A DNA stretch of 64,000 nt from a virus. The translations under genes were made by a program, and so were the position numbers. Under the pieces are notes generated by a model that searched no databases, had not been told where the DNA came from, and saw nothing but the letters and a program-made list of their open reading frames with translations. Positions 54,553-64,000 of this stretch are shown here, piece after piece. Within the stretch, counting starts at the first letter, position 1. Each line of letters begins with the position of its first letter. The DNA lies in IMG/VR virus record IMGVR_UViG_3300036790_000270, positions 1-64,000 of that record. One strand, given 5' to 3'.

Positions 54553-57500
54553 GTGGCCGCCTACTCAGGCAGCTCGTACCCATACTGGCTGACGTTGCAG
54601 GGCAACGGCTCTGTCGCCAACGCCGGGGCGCAGTCGGAGAACATCCCGGTCACGCCAGGGACGGACTACGCGTTCACCGTCGTCGCGGCGTACTCGGGGT
54701 TCTTCTCGGGCGGCATCAAGCTGACGCTCGCCTGGTACGAGTCGGGCGGCACGCCGATCAGCTCGGTGACCGCCACCAGCGGCGCGATGGCCCCCAACGA
54801 GCTGGTTGAAGTTGCCACCGCCTCGACGGCCGCGCCCAGCCTCGCGTCTTACGCGATCGCGACTGTCGCCCAGGACGGGCTGCCCGGGGCGTCTAACGTC
54901 CTGTCGGTCTTCGCCGCCACGGTTACCCCGGCGGCCTCGATCCCGGTCAACATCAACTACGCCTTCACCTGGACGTTCTGGCCCTGGGAAGGAGTTAACG
55001 ACGCGACGCTGGGCTGGCAGGCGGACCAGTTCCTGGTCGACAACAACGACTCGCTGGTGCTGTCCGGGGTCATTGAGCTGATGGGCGGCGCGGGCGGCGT
55101 TGAGTGCACGGCGATCCCCGAGCTGCTGGACGCCAACGGGGTCGGCCCGCGGTACCGCATCCTGGCGGCGCCGTCGCTGAACACCGCAGCGTACGGCTAT
55201 GAGGCGTCTTACGACATGAACGCCCCGCAGCCGACCCAGGACGTCGTCGCGTCGATGCTGCTGGACGGGGAGCGGCCGTTCGGCACCCGGGCGTCCAACC
55301 GGACGATCTCGCTGCCCATCATTATCTTCGGCACGCTCAACGGCGGCATGAAGCAGGTGCTGGCGGCCCGCGAGTACCTGATGAGCCTGATCGACCAGCA
55401 GGTCTGGCAGATTACCTGGACCTCGTCCGGCAGCGGCCTGCCGATGCTGTACGACTGCTTCCGGGCGCTGCCGTCGATCCCGCTGTACGGCTTCAACTAC
55501 TCCTCCGGCGGCTCGGCGGTCGGGTCGGCGGCGGCTGCCACCCACGGCGGCGCGCTCGGGCGGCCCAACTACCCGATCGCCATGATCACCGTCACCCTCC
55601 AGGCGCTGCCTTACGGCCGCAGTGACATTGACGGCATCCAGAACCTGGCGATCGCCAACAGCCTGATCAACTCCCCGGTGCCGCCGGGCAGCCAGGGCGT
55701 CGACAACTTCTCCTCGGTCACCGGCGGCCAGGGCTGGGTGCAGGACGACACCAAGTTCGTGCAGGGCGGTACCGCGTCCATCCGCTACGACGCGCCCGTG
55801 CCGGTCAGCTCGCCGTACCCGGCCGCCATTTACGCGCATAGCCTGTCCGCACCGGTCAGCGTCATCGGGCTGCCCGCCATAGCGGTCTGGCTGGGGCAGG
55901 CCTACGACACCCAGTGGGCGCCGTCCCCGTCGTTCGTCTCTAACGTCACCCTCGCCTGGACGCTGACCGACGGCCTGGGCCGCACCCTGTCGTTTTCGGC
56001 GACGCAGAATGCGGCACCCTGGGGGGCGCTGCCGTCCACCCCGCAGTGGACGCTGGTCAGCGCGCCGATCCCGCAGGCAAGCGCCAGCTTCTCCTACGGG
56101 GACGTCACCGGCTACTCCGTCGTCGTCACCAACTGGGCGGGCTCCGGCAACACGGGGCTCGTGCGGATGCACGCGTGGCTGAACGACCTGGTCGCCGTGC
56201 CGCAGACGGTGGCTAACCAGCCGTCCCCGCGCGGGGTGCTCTACAACCTGTTCTCGCTGCCCGGCAGCGCCCGCGCCCCCATCAACGTGCAGTGCCAGCT
56301 GCCCGCTACCGCGCCGGTCGTGCAGGAGATCACCACCCCGGCCTCCGGCAGCTGGATCGTGCCGCCGTCGGTCTACCAGCTTGAGGCGGAAGCCTGGGGG
56401 GGCGGCGGCGGCGGGGCGACCGTCAACCAGGCACGGCCGACCGCGGGCGCCGGCGGGGGCGGCGGCGAGTACGCGGCTGAGCCCCTGCTGAACGTGATCC
56501 CCGGTGCCGTCGTCCCTTACAGCCTCGGCTCGGGCGGTACGCCGTCCCAGGTGCAGGACACCGTCATCGACATCACGACGCCCGGCGCGCACAGCTGGCT
56601 CTGCCCGCCGAACGTCACCTCCCTGCTGGTGGAGTGCTGGGGCGGCGGCGGGGCGGGCGCGGCCGGGTCGGGCGGCGGCGGGGCGGGCGGCTACTCGTCC
56701 TCCACGGTCACCGTCGTGCCCGGCCAGTCGTACAACCTGTCGGTCGGCGCGGGCGGCACCGCTAACTCGGGGACCACGTCGGCGGATAACGCGGCCCGTA
56801 ACGGCGCGGCAACCTGGTTCGGCAACTCCAGTGCCACCGGGATCAGCAACGCCCTGGTCGCCGCGTCTGGCGGTACTTCCCCGACCACCGGCAGCACCTC
56901 GGGCGGCTCCGGCGGCAGCAACTCCGGCTGCCCCGGCACCACGCAGTACCCCGGCGGCAACGGCGGCTGGGCCCCGGGCGGCGGCGGGGGCGGCGGCGGC
57001 GGGTGCGCGGGGCACAGCGGTCGCGGCGGCCACGGCCGGGCGCCTGCCTCCAACGGGTTCGGCGCGGTGTGGTGCGGCTCCGGTTCCGGCGGCTCCGGCA
57101 GCGGCCAGGGCGGTAACGGCGGTAACGGCTCGTCCTGCCCGGGTACCCCGTCGGGCGGTTTCTTCCCCGGTGGCGGCGGCGGCGGCGGTTTCTGCGGCAC
57201 CTACTTCCAGTACGCGGCGCAGCCTGTGCAGGCGACTCCCGGTACCGCCCAGGTCAACTACATGGGTGCTAACGGCGCCAACGGCATGGTGCAGCTGACT
57301 TACGCCATCGGCAACGGCATCGCGGTCAACGGCGGGGCCACCATCTTCGGGTCGGCCGGCACGACGGGCACCGTGGTTACCGCCAACGGCGGCGCGAGCG
57401 CGGCCCTGAACTCGGTGACCGGCGCGGCGGGCGGCTCGGGCAGTGCTAACACGGTGCACGAGAGCGGCGGCGCGGGCGGCCTTAACACCTCCGGCACCTA

Positions 57501-59814
57501 CGGCAGCTGGATGCTCGGCCCGTCGGTCAGCAACCTGTTCCAGACGCTGAGCTCGTTCACCTACAGCGCGGGCAGCCACACCTCCGCGGCGGCCAGCAGC
57601 TCCTGCGCGCAGGGCGGCGGCGTCGTGCTCATTGAGTCGGCTGCTCCCGTCTTCGACCTGGTGGTCACGGACTCCGCGGGCAACACCTACGTCAACCAGC
57701 AGCAGCAGGGCGGCGGCAGCGGCGGGGCGACCGGCTGCATCTACGTTTTCAGCACCCCGCTGGCCTTCCCGGTTACTACCAGCACCACCCTGACCGTCAC
57801 CTCGGCGACCAGCCAGGAGTACGGCGCCATCTGGTACGCCTCGCCGTGGATCACCGACGCCACCGGCTCCAACAACGGGCAGGGCAACGGCACCGGGACC
57901 GCGGTCAGCGGCCAGTTCGGCACTGCCGACAACGTGTCCGCGCAGTATGAGCTGGTGCTCGCGTTCAACGCCACCAATCAGACCTTCGGGACCCCCACTT
58001 ACGGCGGCAAGCTCTGGTACGCACCCGGCTCGACCAGCTCCCTGGTGGCGGGCGGCAGCCTGTCCATGCAGGCGTACGTGGGACTGAACTCCGGCGGCGG
58101 CACCGGCTCGGCTAACGGGGACGCCTTCGCGCAGGCCATCGGCGGCAGCTCCTCCTGGGCGGTGCTGTGCATCCCGCTCATGGCGGCCAGTCAGCAGGCG
58201 TACGCGCCGCAGCTCGACTGGCGGGCCGGCACCACCCCGGGAGCGTCGACCACCTGGGGCACTGACTGCTCCATCTCGGCGGAGGGCATGATCGCCGTCG
58301 TCGGGATGGCCGGGTCCGGCAGCGGCATCACGGCGGGGCCGTCCGCGTTCAGTGACCAGGGCGGCAACGTCTACACGGTGCAGAACACGACGGTGCTGCC
58401 GTCTAGCGGCGGGGTGATGTTCCTGGCGACCGCGCCGGTCACCGCGGCGATGACGCAGGGCGCGTCGGGCACGGTCAGCTGGGGGCACGCGTCGGCCGCG
58501 CCCAACTACTGGACGGCCGCCTACTGGATTCCGAACGCCACCGGCCTGGACGGGGTCTCTGCGGTGACCGGCAGCAGCGGTACGCCGTCGGGGGTCTACG
58601 CGCCGTCTGCCAGCAACGACATGACCCTGGCGGTGCTCGGGAACGCGGTGAGCGTTACGGCGTCAGGCACGATGGCCGCGCCGTGGAACTACCTGGACGC
58701 CAATAGCCAGGCGTACCTGTCGGGGCAGACGTGGGCCTGCCAGGTGACTGACCGGACGGCGGTTACCGCCGCCACGACGATGACCTCCGACCCGTGGGCG
58801 ATGCTCCTGGCCGGGTTCACGATGAACGTGCGGGCAGGCGGCGGCGGCGCAGCCGGGGGTCCTGGTAACACGGGCTACCCGTCGACCTTCTACGGCGGCG
58901 GTCCGGGTTACGCGGGCGGCGGCAAGGGCGGCCTGGGCGCGCAGTCCCTTAATACCAACGGCGGCGGCGCGTCACTGCCCGGCGGCGGGGGCGGCGGCTC
59001 CTACGGGGCGACCACCACCTCGATCGAGGGCGGGCAGGGCGGGCAGGGCGCCGCGCGGATCACCTACTCGCCGCCGCTCACCCCGTTTAACACGCTGATC
59101 GTGCACCGGCCGGGGACGACCGCGAGCAAGAACCTGAACCCGCTGTGCCCGATCCCGATCACCGACGTGCCGAACAACACCGAGTACACGGTGACCAATG
59201 CGGTGCAGGCGTCGATCCCGGCGGCGTTCAACAGCACCTACACCGTCATCCTGGTCAACCACGCCTGGGACTCGGCCACCCTCGGTACCGCGCGGACGAT
59301 CACCGTGACGATCTCCCAGTACGAGTACCCGGGCGGCCCGGCCTCGTCAGTGCAGGTCAGTCGCGCCGTGACGCCCTCAACTGACGTGGTCAACGGAATT
59401 CTCAACATGGGCGAAGTCACCTTGCCGGTCAAGGATTACGCCAAGTTCAATAACCAGGCGTACTTCACGGTGAGTATCAACGACACTGACGCCAGCGACC
59501 GGTTCATGGACGTCCTGTTCCTGGACACCACCGGGCAGACCGTCCTGCTGAACATCGACCCGAGCCAGCCTGGCTACAACACCTACGTCAACTTCTACAT
59601 TGACGAGCCGACCGCCGACCGCGACCTCGGCTTCATCGGCGGCACCTGCCAGGACCGGCAGCACAACGTCTCGCTGATGGAGTACACCTTCGTCTCCGGC
59701 GGCCCGCTGTACATCGGCGCGGGTGACAACCTGCTGCTCACCTACAGCCCAAGTGGCGCGCCGAGTCTCGGGCTGAGTTATAGCCCGCGCTGGTACCTAG
59801 ACAGGATTGTCTAG
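54553..59814 (+). CDS. large Gly-rich distal tail/fibre protein
   Basis: directly after TMP; Dit-like NRTISLPI segment; repeated E(A/C)WGGGGGG modules; GGAGG RBS. Confidence 0.8.
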   Translation: MAAYSGSSYPYWLTLQGNGSVANAGAQSENIPVTPGTDYAFTVVAAYSGFFSGGIKLTLAWYESGGTPISSVTATSGAMAPNELVEVATASTAAPSLASYAIATVAQDGLPGASNVLSVFAATVTPAASIPVNINYAFTWTFWPWEGVNDATLGWQADQFLVDNNDSLVLSGVIELMGGAGGVECTAIPELLDANGVGPRYRILAAPSLNTAAYGYEASYDMNAPQPTQDVVASMLLDGERPFGTRASNRTISLPIIIFGTLNGGMKQVLAAREYLMSLIDQQVWQITWTSSGSGLPMLYDCFRALPSIPLYGFNYSSGGSAVGSAAAATHGGALGRPNYPIAMITVTLQALPYGRSDIDGIQNLAIANSLINSPVPPGSQGVDNFSSVTGGQGWVQDDTKFVQGGTASIRYDAPVPVSSPYPAAIYAHSLSAPVSVIGLPAIAVWLGQAYDTQWAPSPSFVSNVTLAWTLTDGLGRTLSFSATQNAAPWGALPSTPQWTLVSAPIPQASASFSYGDVTGYSVVVTNWAGSGNTGLVRMHAWLNDLVAVPQTVANQPSPRGVLYNLFSLPGSARAPINVQCQLPATAPVVQEITTPASGSWIVPPSVYQLEAEAWGGGGGGATVNQARPTAGAGGGGGEYAAEPLLNVIPGAVVPYSLGSGGTPSQVQDTVIDITTPGAHSWLCPPNVTSLLVECWGGGGAGAAGSGGGGAGGYSSSTVTVVPGQSYNLSVGAGGTANSGTTSADNAARNGAATWFGNSSATGISNALVAASGGTSPTTGSTSGGSGGSNSGCPGTTQYPGGNGGWAPGGGGGGGGGCAGHSGRGGHGRAPASNGFGAVWCGSGSGGSGSGQGGNGGNGSSCPGTPSGGFFPGGGGGGGFCGTYFQYAAQPVQATPGTAQVNYMGANGANGMVQLTYAIGNGIAVNGGATIFGSAGTTGTVVTANGGASAALNSVTGAAGGSGSANTVHESGGAGGLNTSGTYGSWMLGPSVSNLFQTLSSFTYSAGSHTSAAASSSCAQGGGVVLIESAAPVFDLVVTDSAGNTYVNQQQQGGGSGGATGCIYVFSTPLAFPVTTSTTLTVTSATSQEYGAIWYASPWITDATGSNNGQGNGTGTAVSGQFGTADNVSAQYELVLAFNATNQTFGTPTYGGKLWYAPGSTSSLVAGGSLSMQAYVGLNSGGGTGSANGDAFAQAIGGSSSWAVLCIPLMAASQQAYAPQLDWRAGTTPGASTTWGTDCSISAEGMIAVVGMAGSGSGITAGPSAFSDQGGNVYTVQNTTVLPSSGGVMFLATAPVTAAMTQGASGTVSWGHASAAPNYWTAAYWIPNATGLDGVSAVTGSSGTPSGVYAPSASNDMTLAVLGNAVSVTASGTMAAPWNYLDANSQAYLSGQTWACQVTDRTAVTAATTMTSDPWAMLLAGFTMNVRAGGGGAAGGPGNTGYPSTFYGGGPGYAGGGKGGLGAQSLNTNGGGASLPGGGGGGSYGATTTSIEGGQGGQGAARITYSPPLTPFNTLIVHRPGTTASKNLNPLCPIPITDVPNNTEYTVTNAVQASIPAAFNSTYTVILVNHAWDSATLGTARTITVTISQYEYPGGPASSVQVSRAVTPSTDVVNGILNMGEVTLPVKDYAKFNNQAYFTVSINDTDASDRFMDVLFLDTTGQTVLLNIDPSQPGYNTYVNFYIDEPTADRDLGFIGGTCQDRQHNVSLMEYTFVSGGPLYIGAGDNLLLTYSPSGAPSLGLSYSPRWYLDRIV

Positions 59815-60158
59815 TGCGCGGCCTTTCCCCAGCGCCCCGGTGGCTTCTGCTTCCGCCACACCAGGTTGCCCGGCGAGGCGTCCAGCTTGCCCCCGGGCCC
59901 GTGCCCTGCCTCGTACCCGGGGGGCCGGGGACGGTCAAAAGCCTCCAGCACCAGGTGGTGAACGTAGCGCCGGAGCATCGTGCCGTTCCGGTACAGCCGG
60001 ACCTCGGGGTACCCGTCGTTCTCCCGGATGTACCAGTTCATCAGCTTGCCGCCGCGAACTCCCCGGAGGGTTTTCCGCGGCAGGGAGCGCACGCTGCCCA
60101 GGCTGCTGACCTCGTACAGGCCCTCCCAGCCGTACACCGGCCGCCACTCTTCGTCCAT
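59811..60158 (-). CDS. NUMOD4-HNH homing endonuclease
   Basis: EEWRPVYGWEGLYEVSSLGSVRS (NUMOD4), YVHHLVLEAF...H...D....NLVW. Confidence 0.88.
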   Translation of the reverse strand: MDEEWRPVYGWEGLYEVSSLGSVRSLPRKTLRGVRGGKLMNWYIRENDGYPEVRLYRNGTMLRRYVHHLVLEAFDRPRPPGYEAGHGPGGKLDASPGNLVWRKQKPPGRWGKAAH

Positions 60159-60205
60159 GCAGGACGTAACTGCCCGCGTGCCGGGTGTATTCCGGGTGGT
60201 GAGAC

Positions 60206-63200
60206 GTGACCGCGACCCCCCCGAAGCCGAGCCTGGTCAAGACCACCGCGCTGTCGATGGCGCAGGCGGTGACCGACCGGCTGACCGCGCTGCTGCCGAC
60301 GGTACCGAGCGCCGAGTCGCCGGTAACCGTCTACCAGGCGGGCACCCTGGGCGTCGGCGGCCAGCTGAACGCGCCCACCTCGGTCTTCCCCGCGGGCGCC
60401 GGCTACTACGGGGTGTGGACCGCACCGGACCTGAACGACGGCAACGCCTACACGGTGCAGGTGGAGTGCTTCGGCGGCGGCGGGGGCGGCGGCGGCGGCT
60501 CGACCACGACCGGCGGGGGCGGCGGCGGCGGGGCGGAGTACGCCAGGGAAACCTACTACCCGGTCAAGCCCGGCGCGGACTACGTGTGGACGGTCGGGGT
60601 GCCGGGCAGCGCGGGCACCGCCAACAGCGACAACAACCAGGGCGGGACCGCGGGCGGCAGCGGCGGCGACACGGTCTTCGACATCGCCGGGAGCGGGGTG
60701 GCGGGCGGCATCACGGCGCACGGCGGCCAGGGCGGTGACGTCGGTAACACCGGGATCGGCGGGACGGCCGGGTCGGGCAGTATCAACACCACCGAGTTCA
60801 GCGGCGGCGCCGGAGGTACCAATCTTCCCGGTTCTGGCGGCGGCGGGTCCGGCGGCCAGGGCGGTACCGACAATCCCGTTAGCCTGAACCAGGGAGGCAT
60901 GCTGAGCGCGCCGCCGCTCGCCTGGCTGGTGCTGAACGACGCCTCCTCCAACGGCCAGCTGAACGACAACAGCGGGAACAACAACACCGGCGCGGTCGGC
61001 AACCCGGGCGGCGGCAGCGGCGGCTTCACCTATGCCCAGCCGGGCGCGCCTGCCCAGGTGCCCGCCTACTCCAACGGCGCGAGCCCGCCGAGCTCACCCA
61101 ACCCGAGCGCCGCCGGGGACCAGCTGCGCTTCACGCTCAGCTCGCTGACCTCACCGTCGGCGTACTTCTACACGCCCGGCTACAGCGCCAACGGGTCGCA
61201 GTTCACCGTCTCCGGCTGGTTCACCCCCGACCCGACCGGCACCTGGGGCAACACCGCGACCGGCTCACGGGCCGTGCTGGTCGGCAACAACGCGGGCTAC
61301 GCGACCGCCAGCCGGGCCGGGGTCACCTTGTACCTGGTGAACAACGGGACGCCTGCCAACCAGAGCTGGCAGCTGGTCTACTACTGCTCCGACTTCTACA
61401 ACTACCAGACGGTCAGCACACCGCTGAAGCCGGTGGCGGGCACCGCGGTCTACATCGTCGCGACCTTTAGCTCCGGCACCATGAAGCTGTACGTCAACGG
61501 GACGCTCGCCGGCAGCGCCAGCGCTGGCTTCAGCAGCATTCCCGGCTGGCCGACCACGCCGTACTCGATGCTGGCGGGCGCCAACCCGACCCTGACCGGC
61601 GACTGGTTCTTCGGCTTCATGAGCAACCTCTGGTTCGCTGACGGGGTGCTGAACGCGGCGGGAGTCAGCCAGGCGTACGCTGGCTCGGGCGGCAGCTCCA
61701 CCGAGGGCGGTGCGGGCGGCGGCGCATCGGGCGGGCCCGCTGCCAACGGGGGCGCGGGGGCTGCTGGCAGCGGGTCCTCCGGCGGGGCAGGCGGTACCCC
61801 GGCAACGCAGCCCGCAACCTCGATCGGGCTGAACACCCCGGCGTCGGCTGGCATCGCGGGCGCGGCCGGCAGCTCCGGCAACTCCGGCATCACCGGCGCG
61901 GCCGGCGCGGGCGGCGGCGGGGCAGGCTCCAGCTCAGCGCCCCCGGTGATCACCACCGTGCAGGTCCCGTTCGTCACCGCGGCTTCCTACTGCGGGACGG
62001 ACGCGGGCGGCGGCGCGGCGGGCGCGGTCTACAACCCGGTCATCCAGGGCACCACGGGGCGGCTGTTCACCGGCGGCCTGGCCAGCGACACCGCCAGCGG
62101 CTCAAAGAACTCGCTGCTGGTCCTGCCGCCCAACCTGGCGGCCAGCCTCGCCAGCGGCAGCTACACGGTACTGCGGGTCACCCTCACCGTCACCAATGCC
62201 AACACCCAGGGCAGTCAGGCGGCGCTGATGCAAGTCGGCTGGAGCGCTGACACGTTCCTGCCGATCACCTATGAGGCCGGCGACATTGCCGGGTCTGCCG
62301 GGGTGATGGAGATCCCGGCCGGGGCGTACACGGTGACCGCGGACCTCACTGAGTCCCAGCTGGGGCTCTACCTGCAGAACGGCGGCGCGACCGCCCTGGT
62401 GCTCGGGCCGGGCAGTACCCCCACCTTCGCTGCCTACAGCGCGGACACAGCGGCTGACTTTTACACCGCGGTCTACGGGCCGGGTGCCACTGATAACGCG
62501 GGAAACTCCCTGCAGCCCTACCTGACCGTCACCTACGCGCAGGCGACCACCGTCCAGCAGGGCTCCCCGGGCGGGGCCGGCGCCATCCTGCTGACCTACC
62601 TGAACCAGGCGCAGACCCTTGTCGGCACCTGGAACTCCACTGACGGGATCAATGCCAGCGGCGGCCAGCTGACTGAGACGACCGTTGTCCTCGGCTCGAC
62701 GATCACCGACGCGGCCCTCGACGGCGCCCGCACGCTGAACCGCGGTGACGCCCGGCGCAGCATGCGGGCAGCTCGGGCACGGGGCCGGGCACTGGGGGCT
62801 CGCCCCGGCCGCCGCCTCGGCGCTGTTCCCGGGGCGCCGGGCACCATCCTCGGTTACACCGCTGGCACCACTACGGTTACCCAGGCGACCGCCGGAAGTT
62901 ACACGTTCACCGTGCCCGCGGACGTCACCTCCCTGAACGTGCAGTGCTGGGGCGGCGGCGGCGGTGGCACGGGCGGCAGCAACACGCAGGGGCAGGCAGG
63001 CGGCGGCGGCGGGGGGTACGCCGGGGAACCGAACTACGTGGTCAGCCCGGGGGACGTCATCAGTTACGTCGTCGGGGCGGCCGGCGCGGGCGACCACGTC
63101 GGGACTTCCACCAGCGCTAACGGGGGCAATACCCAGTTCGACACGACCGGCGTGGCGGGCGGCGGCGTGCTGGCTAACGGCGGCAAGTCGTACAGCAGCA

Positions 63201-64000
63201 GCCTCAACTACGGGCCCGGCGGCAGCTCGTCCGGCAATACGGTCAGCTTTGCCGGCGGCAACGGCGGTCCGCTTTACTCCGGTCAGTCCAACGGCTCGGG
63301 CGGCGGCGGCTCCGGCGGCACCACGGGGAACGGCGGCGGCGGCAGCAACGGCGGCGGGGCGGGCCGGGCAGGCAACGGCGGCGGTGAGCCGGGTGGCGCG
63401 GGCGCGGGTACCGGCAGTGGCTCCGGCGGCTCGGCGCCCGGGGGCGGCGGCGGCGGCGCGAGCAAGGGCACCAGTTCTTATACCGGCGGCTCCGGCGGCG
63501 CGGGCCAGGTGCTGATCACCTACGCATCGTCCACCGCGCTGGCCACCTCGATCGCGACCGCCTCCGGCAGCGACGCAGCGGGCAACACCTACCCGGCGGG
63601 CGTGATGACCGCGGCGCTGCAGGTGAACGGCACCACCACCACCGAAAACCAGACGGTGTCCAACACCACGACCACCGACATTCTGGCGGTCACCGCTAAC
63701 GCGACCGTCGGCGGCAACCACACGGTCACCGGCAACGTCGCCGCGGCTACCTATACCGGTGCGTCCGGCGGCGCGATGGAGAACAGCACCGGCATTCACT
63801 CCTCCGGCACCGTGGAGGCTGACGGCGGCCTGACAACCGGGGGCGGCGCCAGCATCAGCGGTGGCGCGAGCATCTCTGGCGGCATCGAGAACGACAGCAT
63901 GCACGCCTCGGCGAACGTGCAGATCGACGGTACCGGAAGCGTCAACGGCACGCTCACCGCGAGTTCCGGCATCGAAACCTCCAGCATGCACTCCACCGGG
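60206..64000 (+). CDS. Gly-rich tail fibre/minor tail protein with a LamG-like domain (runs off the window end)
   Basis: manual translation from GTG 60206 (MTATPPKPSLVK...VECFGGGG...FTVSGWF...YIVATF...KLYVNG); frame spot-checked; absent from the ORF track, consistent with having no stop inside the window. Confidence 0.8.
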   Translation, partial: MTATPPKPSLVKTTALSMAQAVTDRLTALLPTVPSAESPVTVYQAGTLGVGGQLNAPTSVFPAGAGYYGVWTAPDLNDGNAYTVQVECFGGGGGGGGGSTTTGGGGGGGAEYARETYYPVKPGADYVWTVGVPGSAGTANSDNNQGGTAGGSGGDTVFDIAGSGVAGGITAHGGQGGDVGNTGIGGTAGSGSINTTEFSGGAGGTNLPGSGGGGSGGQGGTDNPVSLNQGGMLSAPPLAWLVLNDASSNGQLNDNSGNNNTGAVGNPGGGSGGFTYAQPGAPAQVPAYSNGASPPSSPNPSAAGDQLRFTLSSLTSPSAYFYTPGYSANGSQFTVSGWFTPDPTGTWGNTATGSRAVLVGNNAGYATASRAGVTLYLVNNGTPANQSWQLVYYCSDFYNYQTVSTPLKPVAGTAVYIVATFSSGTMKLYVNGTLAGSASAGFSSIPGWPTTPYSMLAGANPTLTGDWFFGFMSNLWFADGVLNAAGVSQAYAGSGGSSTEGGAGGGASGGPAANGGAGAAGSGSSGGAGGTPATQPATSIGLNTPASAGIAGAAGSSGNSGITGAAGAGGGGAGSSSAPPVITTVQVPFVTAASYCGTDAGGGAAGAVYNPVIQGTTGRLFTGGLASDTASGSKNSLLVLPPNLAASLASGSYTVLRVTLTVTNANTQGSQAALMQVGWSADTFLPITYEAGDIAGSAGVMEIPAGAYTVTADLTESQLGLYLQNGGATALVLGPGSTPTFAAYSADTAADFYTAVYGPGATDNAGNSLQPYLTVTYAQATTVQQGSPGGAGAILLTYLNQAQTLVGTWNSTDGINASGGQLTETTVVLGSTITDAALDGARTLNRGDARRSMRAARARGRALGARPGRRLGAVPGAPGTILGYTAGTTTVTQATAGSYTFTVPADVTSLNVQCWGGGGGGTGGSNTQGQAGGGGGGYAGEPNYVVSPGDVISYVVGAAGAGDHVGTSTSANGGNTQFDTTGVAGGGVLANGGKSYSSSLNYGPGGSSSGNTVSFAGGNGGPLYSGQSNGSGGGGSGGTTGNGGGGSNGGGAGRAGNGGGEPGGAGAGTGSGSGGSAPGGGGGGASKGTSSYTGGSGGAGQVLITYASSTALATSIATASGSDAAGNTYPAGVMTAALQVNGTTTTENQTVSNTTTTDILAVTANATVGGNHTVTGNVAAATYTGASGGAMENSTGIHSSGTVEADGGLTTGGGASISGGASISGGIENDSMHASANVQIDGTGSVNGTLTASSGIETSSMHSTG

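Noticed and set aside
54565-58488. 1307-aa minus-strand ORF, and similar long antisense ORFs (16879, 41069, 51224, 51802, 62102)
   Set aside because: Shadow frames of high-GC3 plus-strand genes; low-complexity translations with no recognisable motifs

Overview
The window is part of a large, high-GC tailed phage (siphovirus, HK97-type head) of an actinomycete host. Host assignment is inferred from the GC content, a DUF397/BldB-like gene and an Rpf-like gene. Bases 1-10.7 kb are a leftward-transcribed run of mostly small accessory genes, including a GMC oxidoreductase, a PRTase-fold protein, a lipoprotein and an HTH protein. This run is punctuated by ten copies of the palindrome AGTGCCACGTGGCACT, placed in intergenic gaps just upstream of ribosome-binding sites. 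Bases ~10.7-12.4 kb are a gene-poor divergence region that may contain the genome ends. From 12.4 kb the genes run mostly rightward: Cys-rich small genes, terminase, two Ser-type tRNAs, portal, prohead protease, major capsid, a KcsA-like K+ channel, a sugar-synthesis/glycosyltransferase cluster, head-tail and tail genes, tape measure, Gly-rich tail proteins and a free-standing HNH nuclease. The most striking unexplained structure is a covarying RNA hairpin with a (C/A)GG/AGC internal loop. It lies 10-13 nt after a TAnnnT -10 box, upstream of six virion-region genes, and in each case overlaps an alternative hairpin that buries the translation-start region. This is a candidate phage late-gene translational switch. 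All calls are by eye; no searches were run.
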